Source of the DNA: Eledone cirrhosa
Taxonomy: Eukaryota
Direction: 5' to 3'
Length of the DNA: 64,000 bases
NCBI GenBank assembly: GCA_964016885.1
Contig: OZ024756.1
Location: 12,772,001-12,836,000, forward strand
Within the stretch, counting starts at the first letter, position 1. Every line of letters starts with the position of its first letter. The translations under genes and the position numbers were made by a program. This document shows positions 11,701 through 25,220 of the stretch, piece by piece. The notes beneath the pieces are model-generated. The model searched no databases. It saw only the letters and a list, made by a program, of their open reading frames with translations, and was not told the DNA's origin.

Positions 11701-14700
11701 ATGGTTTCATATACCTAAATGTGGTGTCAGCACTGTCATCCGTTGAAGACCAGCCACTATGTGAGGCATGGTATTTATGCCTATGCTGCACATTTTGTTC
11801 CTTCGTATCAACAAATCTTATCTGAGAAGATTTCTTACCTGTCTTCTTAGTCAAACGAGACAAACACTTTGATTTGTAGCTTCCAACTCTCACATCGTCA
11901 TCAGATTTGAAATATAAATATTCATCATTATCATCATTAGTTCCAACTAAATCTGTCTCGTTTATCACATCAGGGTGGTGCCAACTTTCACTGAAATGCC
12001 GACCACTGAAGCCAGAATGAAGTGACGATATATCAGAAGGCAAGTCTCGCTCCAGCTTTTCAAACTCTTCTTGGGACAAGTTCACCATACTGCCGCTAGT
12101 GTGATATGGCACCATATATGGTGACGTTGAAGTTGGAGATGATGATGATGTGTTGGATGAGCAGGAATTGTCTTTTGGTTCAGTTAAAGCCATACCAACG
12201 GTCTCAAACTCTGGATGTACTTCCACAGCTGAGCCTTCATGTGGTTTACACAACTCAACAGATTGAAGTGGAAGAGGATTTGTATGGTTCATACGTGGAT
12301 TGAGTGTTCCAGAGTCAGAGTATTTGGAGTTTATATCATTTCTGTGGTTTTTACAAGCTGGTTGTAAATCTGAGACTGGTATTTTGGATAGCCAAACATT
12401 TAAGCCATCTACTGAAATACTTCGCCCAATATTACAGGGTCTTATTTTCATTAAAGAACTGATAAAACTACTTGGAGATTTACACCAAGGGAATAGATCT
12501 AAAGGTTTCGGTTGTGTTATTTGGTTACTATTGGAACATGAAGTAGGTTTATTTACACTAGTCAGATCCAAATGAAATAGTCTGTGAAGATTATGATGAT
12601 GATGTTGATGATAACTGTGCTGACTACAGAGCCAACTGGAGAGATTTGGTGGCTGTGGGGACAGGGTTCCAGAATCTACATCAGTAAGGTCTGAACTAAT
12701 TGCAGAATCACTCATACATTTGGTCATATTCTTTAGTTTCATCTCTCTCCTCAGACCATACAAACCAAAATTATAATTGGCACACTCACTGTTACTTGAT
12801 CTGGACGATGGAGACCCAATTGACGAAGAATTACATATTGTATGGTTGGGATCAGCAGAACTTTTCTGGTGAGAATCATCAATAGTATTGGTGGAATCCT
12901 TCCCTTTACCATTTAACAGAACAGTTTCCTGCTCCCTGTTGCCATGAAATATGTTTTTATGTTCTGATGCTATATCTCCTCTTTGAAGTGTTTCCTGACT
13001 TTTTAGAAAACACGTTTCATCAGGATGGTCACAGCACTCTCTGATGGAGGAACTGGCATCAGACATTAAATATTTCTTACTGTCTATACCACAGCTTGAA
13101 TTGTCTTTCAACTCCATTTTACCAGAATCAAGTGAATCAAATGGAGAATCTTCAGCCATATTTGAAGAACTCATTATTACGTTGGTCTCTGATCTTGGAA
13201 TGTTGGAGTTTGAGGACAGTTTCACTCCACAGCTCTTCTCAGATACTGGCAAAGATGAATGATTTAAAGCAGCTCCAAACAGTTTTTCTTGTGGTAAACC
13301 AGCAGTGCCAGTAGAGAATGGTTCGGAAGTGGGCAGAGAATCAATTTGATCCAAACCTTTGATAGGTAAGGGTTTATGGATTGTCGATATTGAGTAGTCT
13401 GTCGACTCAACGTTATAAAATACATTTGTCTCTTCTTGACTCACCTTCACGATGTATGTGACAGGAGAAACTTTGTTGCCATTATGGCTATCACTGAATT
13501 CTGGCCCTGATTTAGTTCTAGCAGAAGATTTTGCTAGTTCACTTGTTTTATTTGGGAAAGAAACATTAGAATTGGCGTCTTCAACCAAATAACTGTTGGG
13601 TTTGAAATCCTTAACAATTAAGGAATCATTTGACACTTGAAGAGGCTGATTTTTTGGTGATGGTGATGATGATAACAAAAGACTTGGGTCAGACTTTCTT
13701 TGAAATTTAGTACTAGGCACTGGTTTACATTTAGCACTTGACGGAGTCATTAAAACACTCTCAAACTGGTTATTTGGCACATTAACTTCTGACTGGGAAG
13801 TTACAGTAACCTTATCAGCTAAGTTTTCAGTTTTGGTCCTTAATCTCCTTTCACAGCAGTCTCTCTCATGTAAATGGTCTAAATTTGTTGGTTCAGTCTT
13901 TTCAGAGACCACAGATTCTTTCAATGGGGTCAAATTCTTATCCAAACCCTTCTCAGCATTTTCCTTTCTCTGAGAAGAAACAGCTTGTGATTTATTTTGG
14001 TTCTGTTGACTTTTACAGGATTCAGAATGACCTGCATATCCTGTGTTTCCTTCACTTTTAACATTTTCTACTTTTAAAGACTTCTTTTTCATTTCACTAA
14101 GAACACTCTCAGATGAAACTTTCTTAGGCAGACAACTATTTTTTAACTGGTTCCGACCTCTTGCATCTGGTTTCACAGTTTTCTTATCAGAAATTTTACA
14201 AAACACTGCCTTGTTTCCAAGACTTATCTCAACAGTCTCTTCTTGGTCGCTTTTTAGAACATTATCGAAACACTCCAGATTCTTCACCTCAGAAAAAGAG
14301 CCTGGTTTCACTCCCACGGCTTGAGAATTGGTGTAATTTGGTGTAAGATTTTTTGGGGTAAAGTGAGAATCTTCCACCACAGGACTAAAAACGGGCGAAG
14401 AGAGCTCAGTGGACGACCCTTTTGATTCACAAATATCATCTGAGTGAAAGATAGTTTCTTGAGTGTTTCTGTTTGAAGGAGATCTAGTTTCTAGATTATC
14501 TGGAGAAGAAGACATTTCCATCACTGGACACGTTTCATCAACAGACAATCCAGAATGATGACCACTCACTGGCTTTAGGTTGTCCACCTTAATAACATCT
14601 GGTGTAACATCCACATCATTTGTACAAACTGGCTTCAGGTTATTCATCTCGATAACATCTGATTTGGTTGACATTTTGTTTGTACAAACTTTGCGAATGT

Positions 14701-14997
14701 CACCTAACTGGAGAATCTTCTTTGGGATCTGAGATATAAGGTTTGATGGCTGAGCTGGGGGGTGATGAGACTCACCTGAGCAGTCCTCAGCATCAGGTAC
14801 CACTTGGCTATTTGAATGGGAACTATTTTCAGAACAGTCTTCAGAATTCTTAACTCCTGTTCTTCCAAATTTTTTCTCACTATTGCCAGAAAGATTTTTA
14901 CTGTTACCAGAGTCAGATTTCAGTCTTGGAGAAGCATTTTTAGATTTATTAATGGATGAAGATTCTGTGGAAACTTTGCTGCCCATCTTGAAGATAA
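8724..14997 (-). CDS. STARD9: Giant 6274-nt exon, about 2090 aa of Ser/Asn/Asp-rich disordered sequence
   Basis: 2088-aa non-repetitive ORF; polypyrimidine tract then the first AG at 14998-15000 gives the needed phase 1; gtaagt donor at 8723; vertebrate STARD9 also has a giant disordered exon. Confidence 0.9.
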
Positions 14998-15587
14998 CTT
15001 CACATACAAAATAAAGAAAAGGAAAGAAAAGAAAGCAGTAATAAATTAGTGTTTCTTTGAGAATAAGTAATCATTATTTCTACCCTTTCACCCTTACGGG
15101 GTCGATAAAATAAAGTACCAGTAATGTACTGGGTAATTGCTGGCCTTGTGCCTAAAAATAGAAACAATTATTTCTACAAGGGTGGTGGATTGGCAGAATC
15201 GGTAGAGTGTCATACATCATGCTTTGCAGCTAGAGTTATGGCGCTTTACATTATGAGTTCAAATCCTGCCACGGTTAGCTTTGCTTTTTATCCTTATGGG
15301 GTCGATAAAATAAAGTACCAGTGATGCATTGGGCTTGATTTAATCGACTTTTCCCTTCCCCCCAAAATCGTTGGCCTTGTGGTGCCTAAATCAGAAAGCA
15401 TATTTTTTACTTGTCTATCTACCACAATCGTAAGGTTGTGAGTTCAATTCCTCAACCAGAAGAGGCGTTGTGTTCTTCAGCAAGACACTTTATTTCACTT
15501 TGCCCCAGTCAACTTAGCAAACATCAGTAGTGTGGAGAAAGGGGACAGATATACCTGGTCAACTGCTGGTCTTCCAGCATATCGGTG

Positions 15588-16088
15588 CGTATGTGTGTGT
15601 GTGAGAGAGTGTATGTTAGTGAGAGAGTGAGACCGTGTGGGTGGGTGTGAGAGAGAATGTGTGTGTGTGAGAGAGAATGTGTATATATGTGAGAGAGAAT
15701 GTGTATATATGTGAGAGAGAATGTGTATATATGTGAGAGAGAGAGAATGTGTGTGTATGTGTGAGAGAGAATGTGTGTGTATGTGTGAGAGAGAGAATGT
15801 GTGTGTATGTGTGAGAGAGAATGTGTGTGTATGTGTGAGAGAGAGAATGTGTGTATGTGTGAGAGAGAATGTGTGTGTATGTGTGAGAGAGAGAATGTGT
15901 GTATGTGTGAGAGAGAGAATGTGTGTATGTGTGAGAGAGAGAATGTGTGTGTATGTGTGAAAGATAGAATGTGTGTATGTGTGAGAGAGAGAATGTGTGT
16001 GTATGTGTGAAAGATAGAATGTGTGTATATGTGTGAGAGAGAGAATGTGTGTGTATGTGTGAGAGAGTGTGTGTGTATGTGTGAGAGA
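15588..16088. repeat. Compound (TG)n/(GA)n minisatellite; similar tracts at 23843-24262 and 36835-37130
   Basis: Direct reading. Confidence 0.9.
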
Positions 16089-16372
16089 TAAATAGGTAAT
16101 CAATGTTGTTTAACTCTTATTTAAACCGGCCGTATCTGGCCAGAATTCTCTCACGTTTTTCTGTTCAAACCGGCCATAACCAGCTGCTCATACTTATGTT
16201 AAGGTATTGTTCTCAAAATAAATAATATCAAAATCTCATAGATTCAATATTATGTAAGATAATTATGTGAAATAGTGTTTACCATGCAAATACAATAGTA
16301 AATATAGAGTAATGTAAATGATAAAGGGTTAACCATTATAGAACAAACCAGTTGTCAACTGTCTTCACTCAC

Positions 16373-16551
16373 CTTCAGTAGATTCTTCCTTGACAAACTG
16401 CAGAGGTTGTGTCTGATCCTTCCTTACAGCAGGGGTATTAAGCTGACCCTTCCTTACAGCAGCAGCAGGGGTATTAAGCTGACCCTTCCTTACAGCAGGA
16501 GTATTAAGCTGACCCTTCCTTGCAGTAGCAGGGGTATTAACATCCTTGCCA
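16373..16551 (-). CDS. STARD9: Exon with an internal RKGQLNTPAV peptide repeat
   Basis: 179 nt, tttcag acceptor and gtgagt donor; phase 2 to 1 is what links the flanking exons in frame. Confidence 0.75.
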
Positions 16552-17902
16552 CTGAAACATTTCAATTAGAAAAATTATTATCCTTATTCAATATTTTAAG
16601 TAACACCTAACCACCTGACTTTATCTACAATTATTACAGTATCTAATAGGATGGTGGATTAGAATAATCAGCAGAGCATCAGACAACATGCTTTGTGGTG
16701 TATAATTACGTCCCTTTACATTTTGAGTTCAAATTCCACCAAAGTCAGCTTTGTCTTTCATCCTTACGGGGGGGGGGGGGGGGGGTCAATTAAATTGACT
16801 CCAGTAATGTACTGGAGTTAATTTAATTGATTCCCCTTCCTTCTAATTGCTTTGCTGTGAGAAATGAAGAAACAATTATTACCACCAAATACTCTTTTCT
16901 ATCCATATAAGTTTGGAAAATAGATGAAGAACTGATGTATAACATGTCTTGGAAGTGTGCGGGCAGCCTGGCCATTGTTGGGGAAGTTTATCAACAACCT
17001 TCATTTGAAGTAGCAAATATATTAATATAAAACCATTGAAGTAATTAGAGTGGTGTGTCATGTTTAAGGTTTATAGCTGTAGTTGACCGAGGTAGGCAGT
17101 ATTGTGTATATAGTTTAACCCTTTAGTATTTACATTACTGTATAGTACCAGTAATGTAAATAAAGTACCAGTAATGCACTGGGTAATTGCTGGCCTTGTG
17201 CCTAAAGTAGAAACAAGTATTTACATTACTGTATATATAATATTGGTATTTACATTACTGTATATATAATAAAGGTGGTGGATTAGCAGTATCAGTAGAG
17301 GGTCGGACGCCATGCTTTGACGCAAAGAGTTACGTCCCTTTCCCTTCTGAGTTCAAATCCCGCCGAGGTTAACTTTGCCTTTCATCCTTACGGGGGTCGA
17401 TAAAATAAAGTACCAGTAATGTACTGGGTATTTGCTGGTCTTGTGCCAAAAGTAGAAACAATTACTGTATATATAATATTGTATTTTTGTGGTAAAGGCT
17501 TTATCTCATATGATATCAAATCTATGAGATTTTGAGGTTATTTATTTTGAGAATAATAACTTAACGTCAGTATGAGCGGCCGGTTGCAGCCAGTTTCAAC
17601 AGAAAGAGGTGAGAGAATTCTGGCCGGATACACTCAGTTTAAATGCTAAAGCGTTAAGGTTTACAGCTGATCTTTGATAGTAGAGTGGTGTGTTATTACT
17701 TAATGTTTTATTAGAAGGCTACTACAATGTGAAAAATATGATGACGAAGTTGTAGGGATGTTACCATTAAGATATTTATTGGTTCTTATATTTCATCAAA
17801 ACATTAATTAAACTAATTAAGAACTGTATATTTTGGTCGATCTGAAGATGCTATTTTGAAATTTGAAAGTTGTATACATGTAGAAATATGTAATGTACTT
17901 AC

Positions 17903-18809
17903 CATTTGTGGGAAGAATTAGGATGTGATGTTTGGTGGTCTATATGTGGAGCAGAATCAGATTTGTTTGAGCTTTGATTGACAGAATGTACCTGATCAAT
18001 AGTTTTATCAATAGTGCTGACAGCTTGATTGACAACTTGTATTTCATCAATAGTTTTATCCAAAGAATCGTCAGAATAATCACTAAGATGATCGTCAACC
18101 ATATTCTTCTCAGATTTTTCTGGCAACAATTCACCATTTCCTAATGCTGGATCTTGTAGCCTACCAACAGCTTTTTCAGTAGATTTGTCTCCCTTTAACT
18201 GATGACGTTCAGGTTTCTTACATTTGAGGTTGGCTGTCACTGACGTTGACTGTGGAGACTTGGACTGCTCATTGCTACTGTGACAACTAGCAAGTTTGGA
18301 CATTGATTCCTCTTCAGTAAATTTCTGACACGGGGTCAACTGTGTATTAGGACAAACCACATCACTAGCAGTAACCAACCCCAAGCAGTCATGTTTGTTT
18401 GTAGAGTCTTGCAGCAATGACATAAGACCCACATTATAATGTACCAATTCATTGCTGCTTGTACCATGCTTCAATGCAAGTTTGTCTTTGCTGACCCTCT
18501 TCAGATGTCCAACCTCTTCAATTAGTTGCTCCAGCTTTTCCTTCTGTCTTTTCAGAATATTGATACGTTCAAGTTGTGATGACACTTCTTGGCTTTTTAG
18601 CATCATTGATTTGTTGTGTTCCTCCTTTAGGATTTTCAACTTTAATTCGTACTCAGACACTTCAGTTTCAGATACACGACAAGCCTTCTGTAGTTCCTGC
18701 AACTGAGGGCCGACATCTGTTACAGCTTTCAATGATTCCCCAGATTCGGGGCTACTTTCACTATCCTTGGCCACTGACTTCATTTCGTCTGTACAAGTAG
18801 GTTTGACCT
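17903..18809 (-). CDS. STARD9: 907-nt exon: coiled coil followed by a disordered region
   Basis: Contains the 294-aa ORF; ttgcag acceptor, gtaagt donor; phase 1 to 2. Confidence 0.85.
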
Positions 18810-18920
18810 CTGCAACAAAGAATGGAATTGAGTTAACAGTTTGTGTGTATTGTGTGTATTGTGTGTATTGTGTGTATTGTGTGTATTGTGTGTATTGTGT
18901 GTATTGTGTGTATTGTGTGT

Positions 18921-18968
<48 letters not shown>

Positions 18969-19029
18969 GAGTTATAGGTATGTGTGTATTGAGTTAACAG
19001 TGTGTGTGTGTGTGTGTGTGTCTTAAGTT

Positions 19030-22000
19030 AGATGATGATGGTGGTGAAAGTGCTGATGGCGATGGTTGTGGTAATGGTGACAATGATGGTAGTGATGATG
19101 ATGATAGTGGGTGGTGGTTGTGATGATGGTAGTGAGTGGTGGTTGTGATGATGATGGTAGTGAGTGGTGGTTGTGATGATGATGGTAGTGAGTGGTGGTT
19201 GTGATGATGATGGTAGTGGGTGGTGGTTGTAGTGATGATGGTAGTGGGTGGTGGTTGTAGTGATGATGGTAGTGGGTGGTGGTTGTAGTGATGATGGTAG
19301 TGAGTGGTGGTTGTAGTGATGATGGTAGTGATGATGGTAGTGGGTGGTGGTTGTGATGATGATGGTTGTGGTGGTGGTTGTAGTGATGATGGTAGTGATG
19401 ATGGTAGTGGGTGATGGTTGTGATGATGGTAGTGATGATGGTTGTGAGTGATGATGGTAGTGGGTGGTGGTTGTGATGATGGTAGTGATGATGGTTGTGA
19501 GTGGTGGTTGAAGTGATGATGGTTGTGAGTGGTGGTTGTAGTGATGATGGTTGTGAGTGGTGGTTGTAGTGATGATGGTAGTGAGTGGTGGTTGTAGTGA
19601 TGATGGTAGTGAGTGGTGGTTGTAGTGATGATGGTAGTGATGATGGTAGTGGGTGGTGGTTGTGATGATGATGGTTGTGGTGGTGGTTGTAGTGATGATG
19701 GTAGTGATGATGGTAGTGAGTGGTGGTTGTGATGATGGTAGTGATGATGGTTGTGAGTGGTGGTTGTAGTGATGATGGTTGTGAGTGGTGGTTGTAGTGA
19801 TGATGGTAGTGGGTGGTGGTTGTGATGATGGTAGTGATGATGGTTGTGAGTGGTGGTTGTAGTGATGATGGTTGTGAGTGGTGGTTGTAGTGATGATGGT
19901 AGTGAGTGGTGGTTGTAGTGATGATGGTTGTAGTGATGATGGTTGTGAGTGGTGGTTGTAGTGATGATGGTAGTGGGTGGTGGTTGTAGTGATGATGGTA
20001 GTGGGTGGTGGTTGTAGTGATGATGGTAGTGGGTGGTGGTTGTAGTGATGGTAGTGAGTGGTGGTTGTAGTGATGATGGTTGTGAGTGGTGGTTGTAGTG
20101 ATGATGGTTGTGAGTGGTGGTTGTAGTGATGATGGTTGTGGGTGGTGGTTGTAGTGATGATGGTTGTGAGTGGTGGTTGTAGTGATGATGGTTGTGAGTG
20201 GTGGTTGTAGTGATGATGGTTGTGAGTGGTGGTTGTAGTGATGGTAGTGAGTGGTGGTTGTAGTGATGATGGTAGTGAGTGGTGGTTGTAGTGATGATGG
20301 TTGTGAGTGGTGGTTGTAGTGATGATGGTTGTGGGTGGTGGTTGTAGTGATGATGGTTGTGAGTGGTGGTTGTAGTGATGATGGTTGTGAGTGGTGGTTG
20401 TAGTGATGATGGTTGTGAGTGGTGGTTGTAGTGATGGTAGTGAGTGGTGGTTGTAGTGATGATGGTAGTGAGTGGTGGTTGTAGTGATGATGGTTGTGAG
20501 TGGTGGTTGTAGTGATGGTAGTGAGTGGTGGTTGTAGTGATGATGGTAGTGGGTGGTGGTTGTAGTGATGGTAGTGGGTGGTGGTTGTAGTGATGGTAGT
20601 GAGTGGTGGTTGTAGTGATGATGGTTGTGGGTGGTGGTTGTAGTGATGGTAGTGGGTGGTGGTTGTAGTGATGATGGTAGTGAGTGGTGGTTGTAGTGAT
20701 GATGGTAGTGAGTGGTGGTTGTAGTGATGATGGTTGTGGGTGGTGGTTGTAGTGATGGTAGTGGGTGGTGGTTGTAGTGATGGTAGTGAGTGGTGGTTGT
20801 AGTGATGATGGTAGTGAGTGGTGGTTGTAGTGATGATGGTTGTGAGTGGTGGTTGTAGTGATGATGGTAGTGAGTGGTGGTTGTAGTGATGATGGTTGTA
20901 GTGATGATGGTTGTGAGTGGTGGTTGTAGTGATGATGGTTGTAGTGATGATGGTTGTGGTGGTGGTTGTAGTGATGATGGTTGTGGGTGGTGGTTGTAGT
21001 GATGATGGTAGTGGGTGGTGGTTGTAGTGATGATGGTAGTGAGTGGTGGTTGTAGTGATGATGGTAGTGGGTGGTGGTTGTAGTGATGATGGTTGTGGGT
21101 GGTGGTTGTAGTGATGATGGTTGTGGGTGGTGGTTGTAGTGATGATGGTTGTGGGTGGTGGTTGTAGTGATGATGGTTGTGGGTGGTGGTTGTGATGATG
21201 ATGGTAGTGGGTGGTGGTTGTAGTGATGATGGTTGTGGGTGGTGGTTGTGATGATGATGGTAGTGAGTGGTGGTTGTAGTGATGATGGTAGTGAGTGGTG
21301 GTTGTAGTGATGATGGTAGTGGGTGGTGGTTGTGATGATGATGGTAGTGAGTGGTGGTTGTAGTGATGATGGTAGTGAGTGGTGGTTGTGATGATGATGG
21401 TAGTGGGTGGTGGTTGTAGTGATGATGGTTGTGGTGGTGGTTGTAGTGATGATGGTAGTGAGTGGTGGTTGTGATGATGATGGTAGTGGGTGGTGGTTGT
21501 AGTGATGATGGTTGTGGTGGTGGTTGTAGTGATGATGGTAGTGAGTGGTGGTTGTGATGATGAGGGTAGTGAGTGGTGGTTGTAGTGATGATGGTTGTGG
21601 TGGTGGTTGTAGTGATGATGGTAGTGAGTGGTGGTTGTGATGATGATGGTAGTGGGTGGTGGTTGTAGTGATGATGGTAGTGAGTGGTGGTTGTGATGAT
21701 GAGGGTAGTGAGTGGTGGTTGTGATGATGATGGTAGTGGGTGGTGGTTGTAGTGATGATGGTTGTGGGTGGTGGTTGTAGTGATGATGGTTGTGGGTGGT
21801 GGTTGTAGTGATGATGGTTGTGGGTGGTGGTTGTGATGATGATGGTTGTGGGTGGTGGTTGTAGTGATGATGGTAGTGGGTGGTGGTTGTAGTGATGATG
21901 GTAGTGAGTGGTGGTTGTAGTGATGATGGTAGTGAGTGGTGGTTGTGATGATGATGGTAGTGAGTGGTGGTTGTAGTGATGATGGTAGTGAGTGGTGGTT

Positions 22001-23590
22001 GTGATGATGATGGTAGTGGGTGGTGGTTGTAGTGATGATGGTTGTGGTGGTGGTTGTAGTGATGATGGTAGTGAGTGGTGGTTGTGATGATGAGGGTAGT
22101 GAGTGGTGGTTGTAGTGATGATGGTTGTGGTGGTGGTTGTAGTGATGATGGTAGTGGGTGGTGGTTGTAGTGATGATGGTAGTGGGTGGTGGTTGTAGTG
22201 ATGATGGTTGTGGGTGGTGGTTGTAGTGATGATGGTAGTGGGTGGTGGTTGTGATGATGATGGTAGTGGGTGGTGGTTGTAGTGATGATGGTAGTGGGTG
22301 GTGGTTGTAGTGATGATGGTAGTGGGTGGTGGTTGTAGTGATGATGGTAGTGGGTGGTGGTTGTAGTGATGATGGTTGTGGGTGGTGGTTGTAGTGATGA
22401 TGGTAGTGGGTGGTGGTTGTGATGATGATGGTAGTGGGTGGTGGTTGTAGTGATGATGGTAGTGGGTGGTGGTTGTGATGATGGTAGTGGGTTGTGGTTG
22501 TGATGATGATGGTAGTGGGTGGTGGTTGTAGTGATGATGGTTGTGGGTGGTGGTTGTAGTGATGATGGTTGTGGGTGGTGGTTGTAGTGATGATGGTAGT
22601 GGGTGGTGGTTGTAGTGATGATGGTAGTGGGTGGTGGTTGTGATGATGATGGTAGTGGGTGGTGGTTGTAGTGATGATGGTAGTGGGTGGTGGTTGTGAT
22701 GATGGTAGTGGGTTGTGGTTGTAGTGATGATGGTTGTGGGTGGTGGTTGTAGTGATGATGGTAGTGGGTGGTGGTTGTAGTGATGATGGTTGTGGGTGGT
22801 GGTTGTAGTGATGATGGTAGTGGGTGGTGGTTGTGATGATGGTAGTGGGTGGTGGTTGTGATGATGGTAGTCGGTTGTGGTTGTGATGATGATGGTAGTG
22901 GGTGGTGGTTGTAGTGATGATGGTTGTGGGTGGTGGTTGTAGTGATGATGGTAGTGGGTGGTGGTTGTGATGATGGTAGTGGGTGGTGGTTGTGATGATG
23001 GTAGTCGGTTGTGGTTGTGATGATGATGGTAGTGGGTGGTGGTTGTAGTGATGATGGTAGTGAGTGATGGTTGTGATGATGATGGTTGTGGGTGGTGGTT
23101 GTAGTGATGATGGTTGTGGGTGGTGGTTGTAGTGATGATGGTAGTGGGTGGTGGTTGTGATGATGGTTGTGGGTGGTGGTTGTAGTGATGATGGTAGTGG
23201 GTTGTGGTTGTGATGATGATGGTAGTGAGTGATGGTTGTGATGATGATGGTTGTGGGTGGTGGTTGTAGTGATGATGGTTGTGGGTGGTGGTTGTAGTGA
23301 TGATGGTAGTGGGTGGTGGTTGTGATGATGGTTGTGGGTGGTGGTTGTAGTGATGATGGTTGTGGGTGGTGGTTGTAGTGATGATGGTTGTGGGTGGTGG
23401 TTGTGATGATGGTTGTGGGTGGTGGTTGTAGTGATGATGGTTGTGGGTGGTGGTTGTAGTGATGATGGTAGTGGGTGGTGGTTGTGATGATGATGGTAGT
23501 GGGTGGTGGTTGTTGTGATGATGGTAGTGGGTGGTGGTTGTGATGATGATGGTTGTGATGGTGGTTGTGGTGATGATGATGATGATAATG
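19030..23590. repeat. 4.5-kb complex trinucleotide-derived satellite (GGT/GAT/AGT; about 25-28-bp units)
   Basis: gtagtgatgatggtagtgggtggtggtt variants; almost no C on the plus strand. Confidence 0.95.
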
Positions 23591-23601
23591 TCCATACTTA
23601 C

Positions 23602-23822
23602 GTGTATCAGTTCCCTTATCCTGTTTATTCTTCATCTTAGAAAGCTCTTTCACAGCTAGCATGTGCAGCTGATTGCAGTTAGTGACCAAATCATTGAGAT
23701 TTTGCATCAGCTCTTCCTGTTTACCCTTGTGCATCACCTGTATCTGCTGCATCTGTTGCACAGCCTTGTTGTAGGTGTTGACAGCTTTCTCTAGTTTATC
23801 CTTCACACGTTGCAACTGGACC
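23602..23822 (-). CDS. STARD9: Coiled-coil exon (VQLQRVKDKLEKAVNTYNKAVQQMQQ...KQDKGTDT)
   Basis: 221 nt of unique sequence between two satellites; heptad-like; cag acceptor, gtaagt donor; phase 2 to 1. Confidence 0.82.
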
Positions 23823-25220
23823 CTGGCAGAGAAGAGGAAAAGTGAGTGGATGTGTGTGTGTGAGTGTGGATGTGTGTGTGAATGGATGTGTGTGTGTGGA
23901 TGTGTGTGTGAGTGTGTGGATGTGGGTGGGTGTGTGAGTGGATGTATGTGTGTGTGAACGTGTGTGTGTGAGTGTTTGTGGATGTGTGTGTGTGGATGTG
24001 TGTGTGTGGATGTATGTGTGAGTGGATGTGTGTGTGCATATGTGTGAGTGGATGTGTGTGAGTGGATGTGTGTGTGAATGTGAGTGGATGGTGGATGTGT
24101 GTGTGTGTGTGTGAGTGGATGTGTGAGCGGGGGGGGATGTGTGTGCGTGAGTGGATGTGGATGTGTGTGTGAGTGTGTGAGTGTGAGTAGGGGTGTGTGT
24201 GAGTGGATGTGGATGTGTGTGTGTGAGTGGATGTGTGTGTGTGTATGTGTGTGGATGTGTGTAGACAGCAATGTTATCTTCTGTATCATCATCATCATCA
24301 TGTGGCCTCAGCAGAAATCAACTCAACAATTGATCTCCACGTGGGTCTGTATTTCATTGCCGTTGCCACGACCGTGACCGTCACGCAGTAATACAGAGTA
24401 CCCGACTTCCCATGGGTACAAGCTGAAGCATATAGACAATATGCCCCTACACCCTCCCACTGCAAGGTGGTCGTGGAGGTGCCACGGCAAAAAAGCACCC
24501 AGCCCACACTGTAAAGTGGACGTGTAGGGGCCACGAAAAAGCACCCAGCCCGCACTGTAAAGTGGACGTGTAGGGGCCACGAAAATGTACCCAGCACTCA
24601 CTGTAAAGTGGACGTGTAGGGGCCACGAAAAAGCACCCAGCCCGCACTGTAAAGTGGACGTGTAGGGGCCATGAAAAAGCACCCAGCCCACACTGTAAAG
24701 TGGACGTGTAGGGGCCACGAAAAAGCACCCAGCCCACACTGTAAAGTGGACGTGTAGGCGCCACGAAAAAGCACCCAGCACTCACTGTAAATGAGGTTGG
24801 TGTTAGGAAGGGCATCCAGCTGTAGAAATCAAGCCATGGTCAGCCGACCAGACACTGCCCACAACAGGACAACCCGTCTAACCCATGCTAGCATGGAAGA
24901 ACGGACGTAAAACGGTGATGATGATGAAGTCCCGTATTTCAATACCAGAATCTCTGGCGATAACATCGAGATAAGGGAGATTGCCCCCCCGCCCCTCTTA
25001 TTAGTGACTGCTTGTGGTTTCCAAAGCACTAACGGGGACACAGCCTCATAGGTGGTACGATGGCTGTGGCCAGCAAATCGTACTTTCTTTTTATGTACGA
25101 CAACAGATATGTGACGGAGGCCGGCATATATTTCTTGTGTTATATGTGACCCCCGAAGAGAGATTCAATCATGTCACATTATTAGGTTCTTCCACGCCTT
25201 TCAGTGCATCGCGCTGTGAG

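Noticed and set aside
18994-24301. 1533-aa and 1757-aa His/Thr/Pro-rich ORFs
   Set aside because: Translations of a nearly G-free satellite strand; only 23602-23822 is a real exon, and it has its own splice sites
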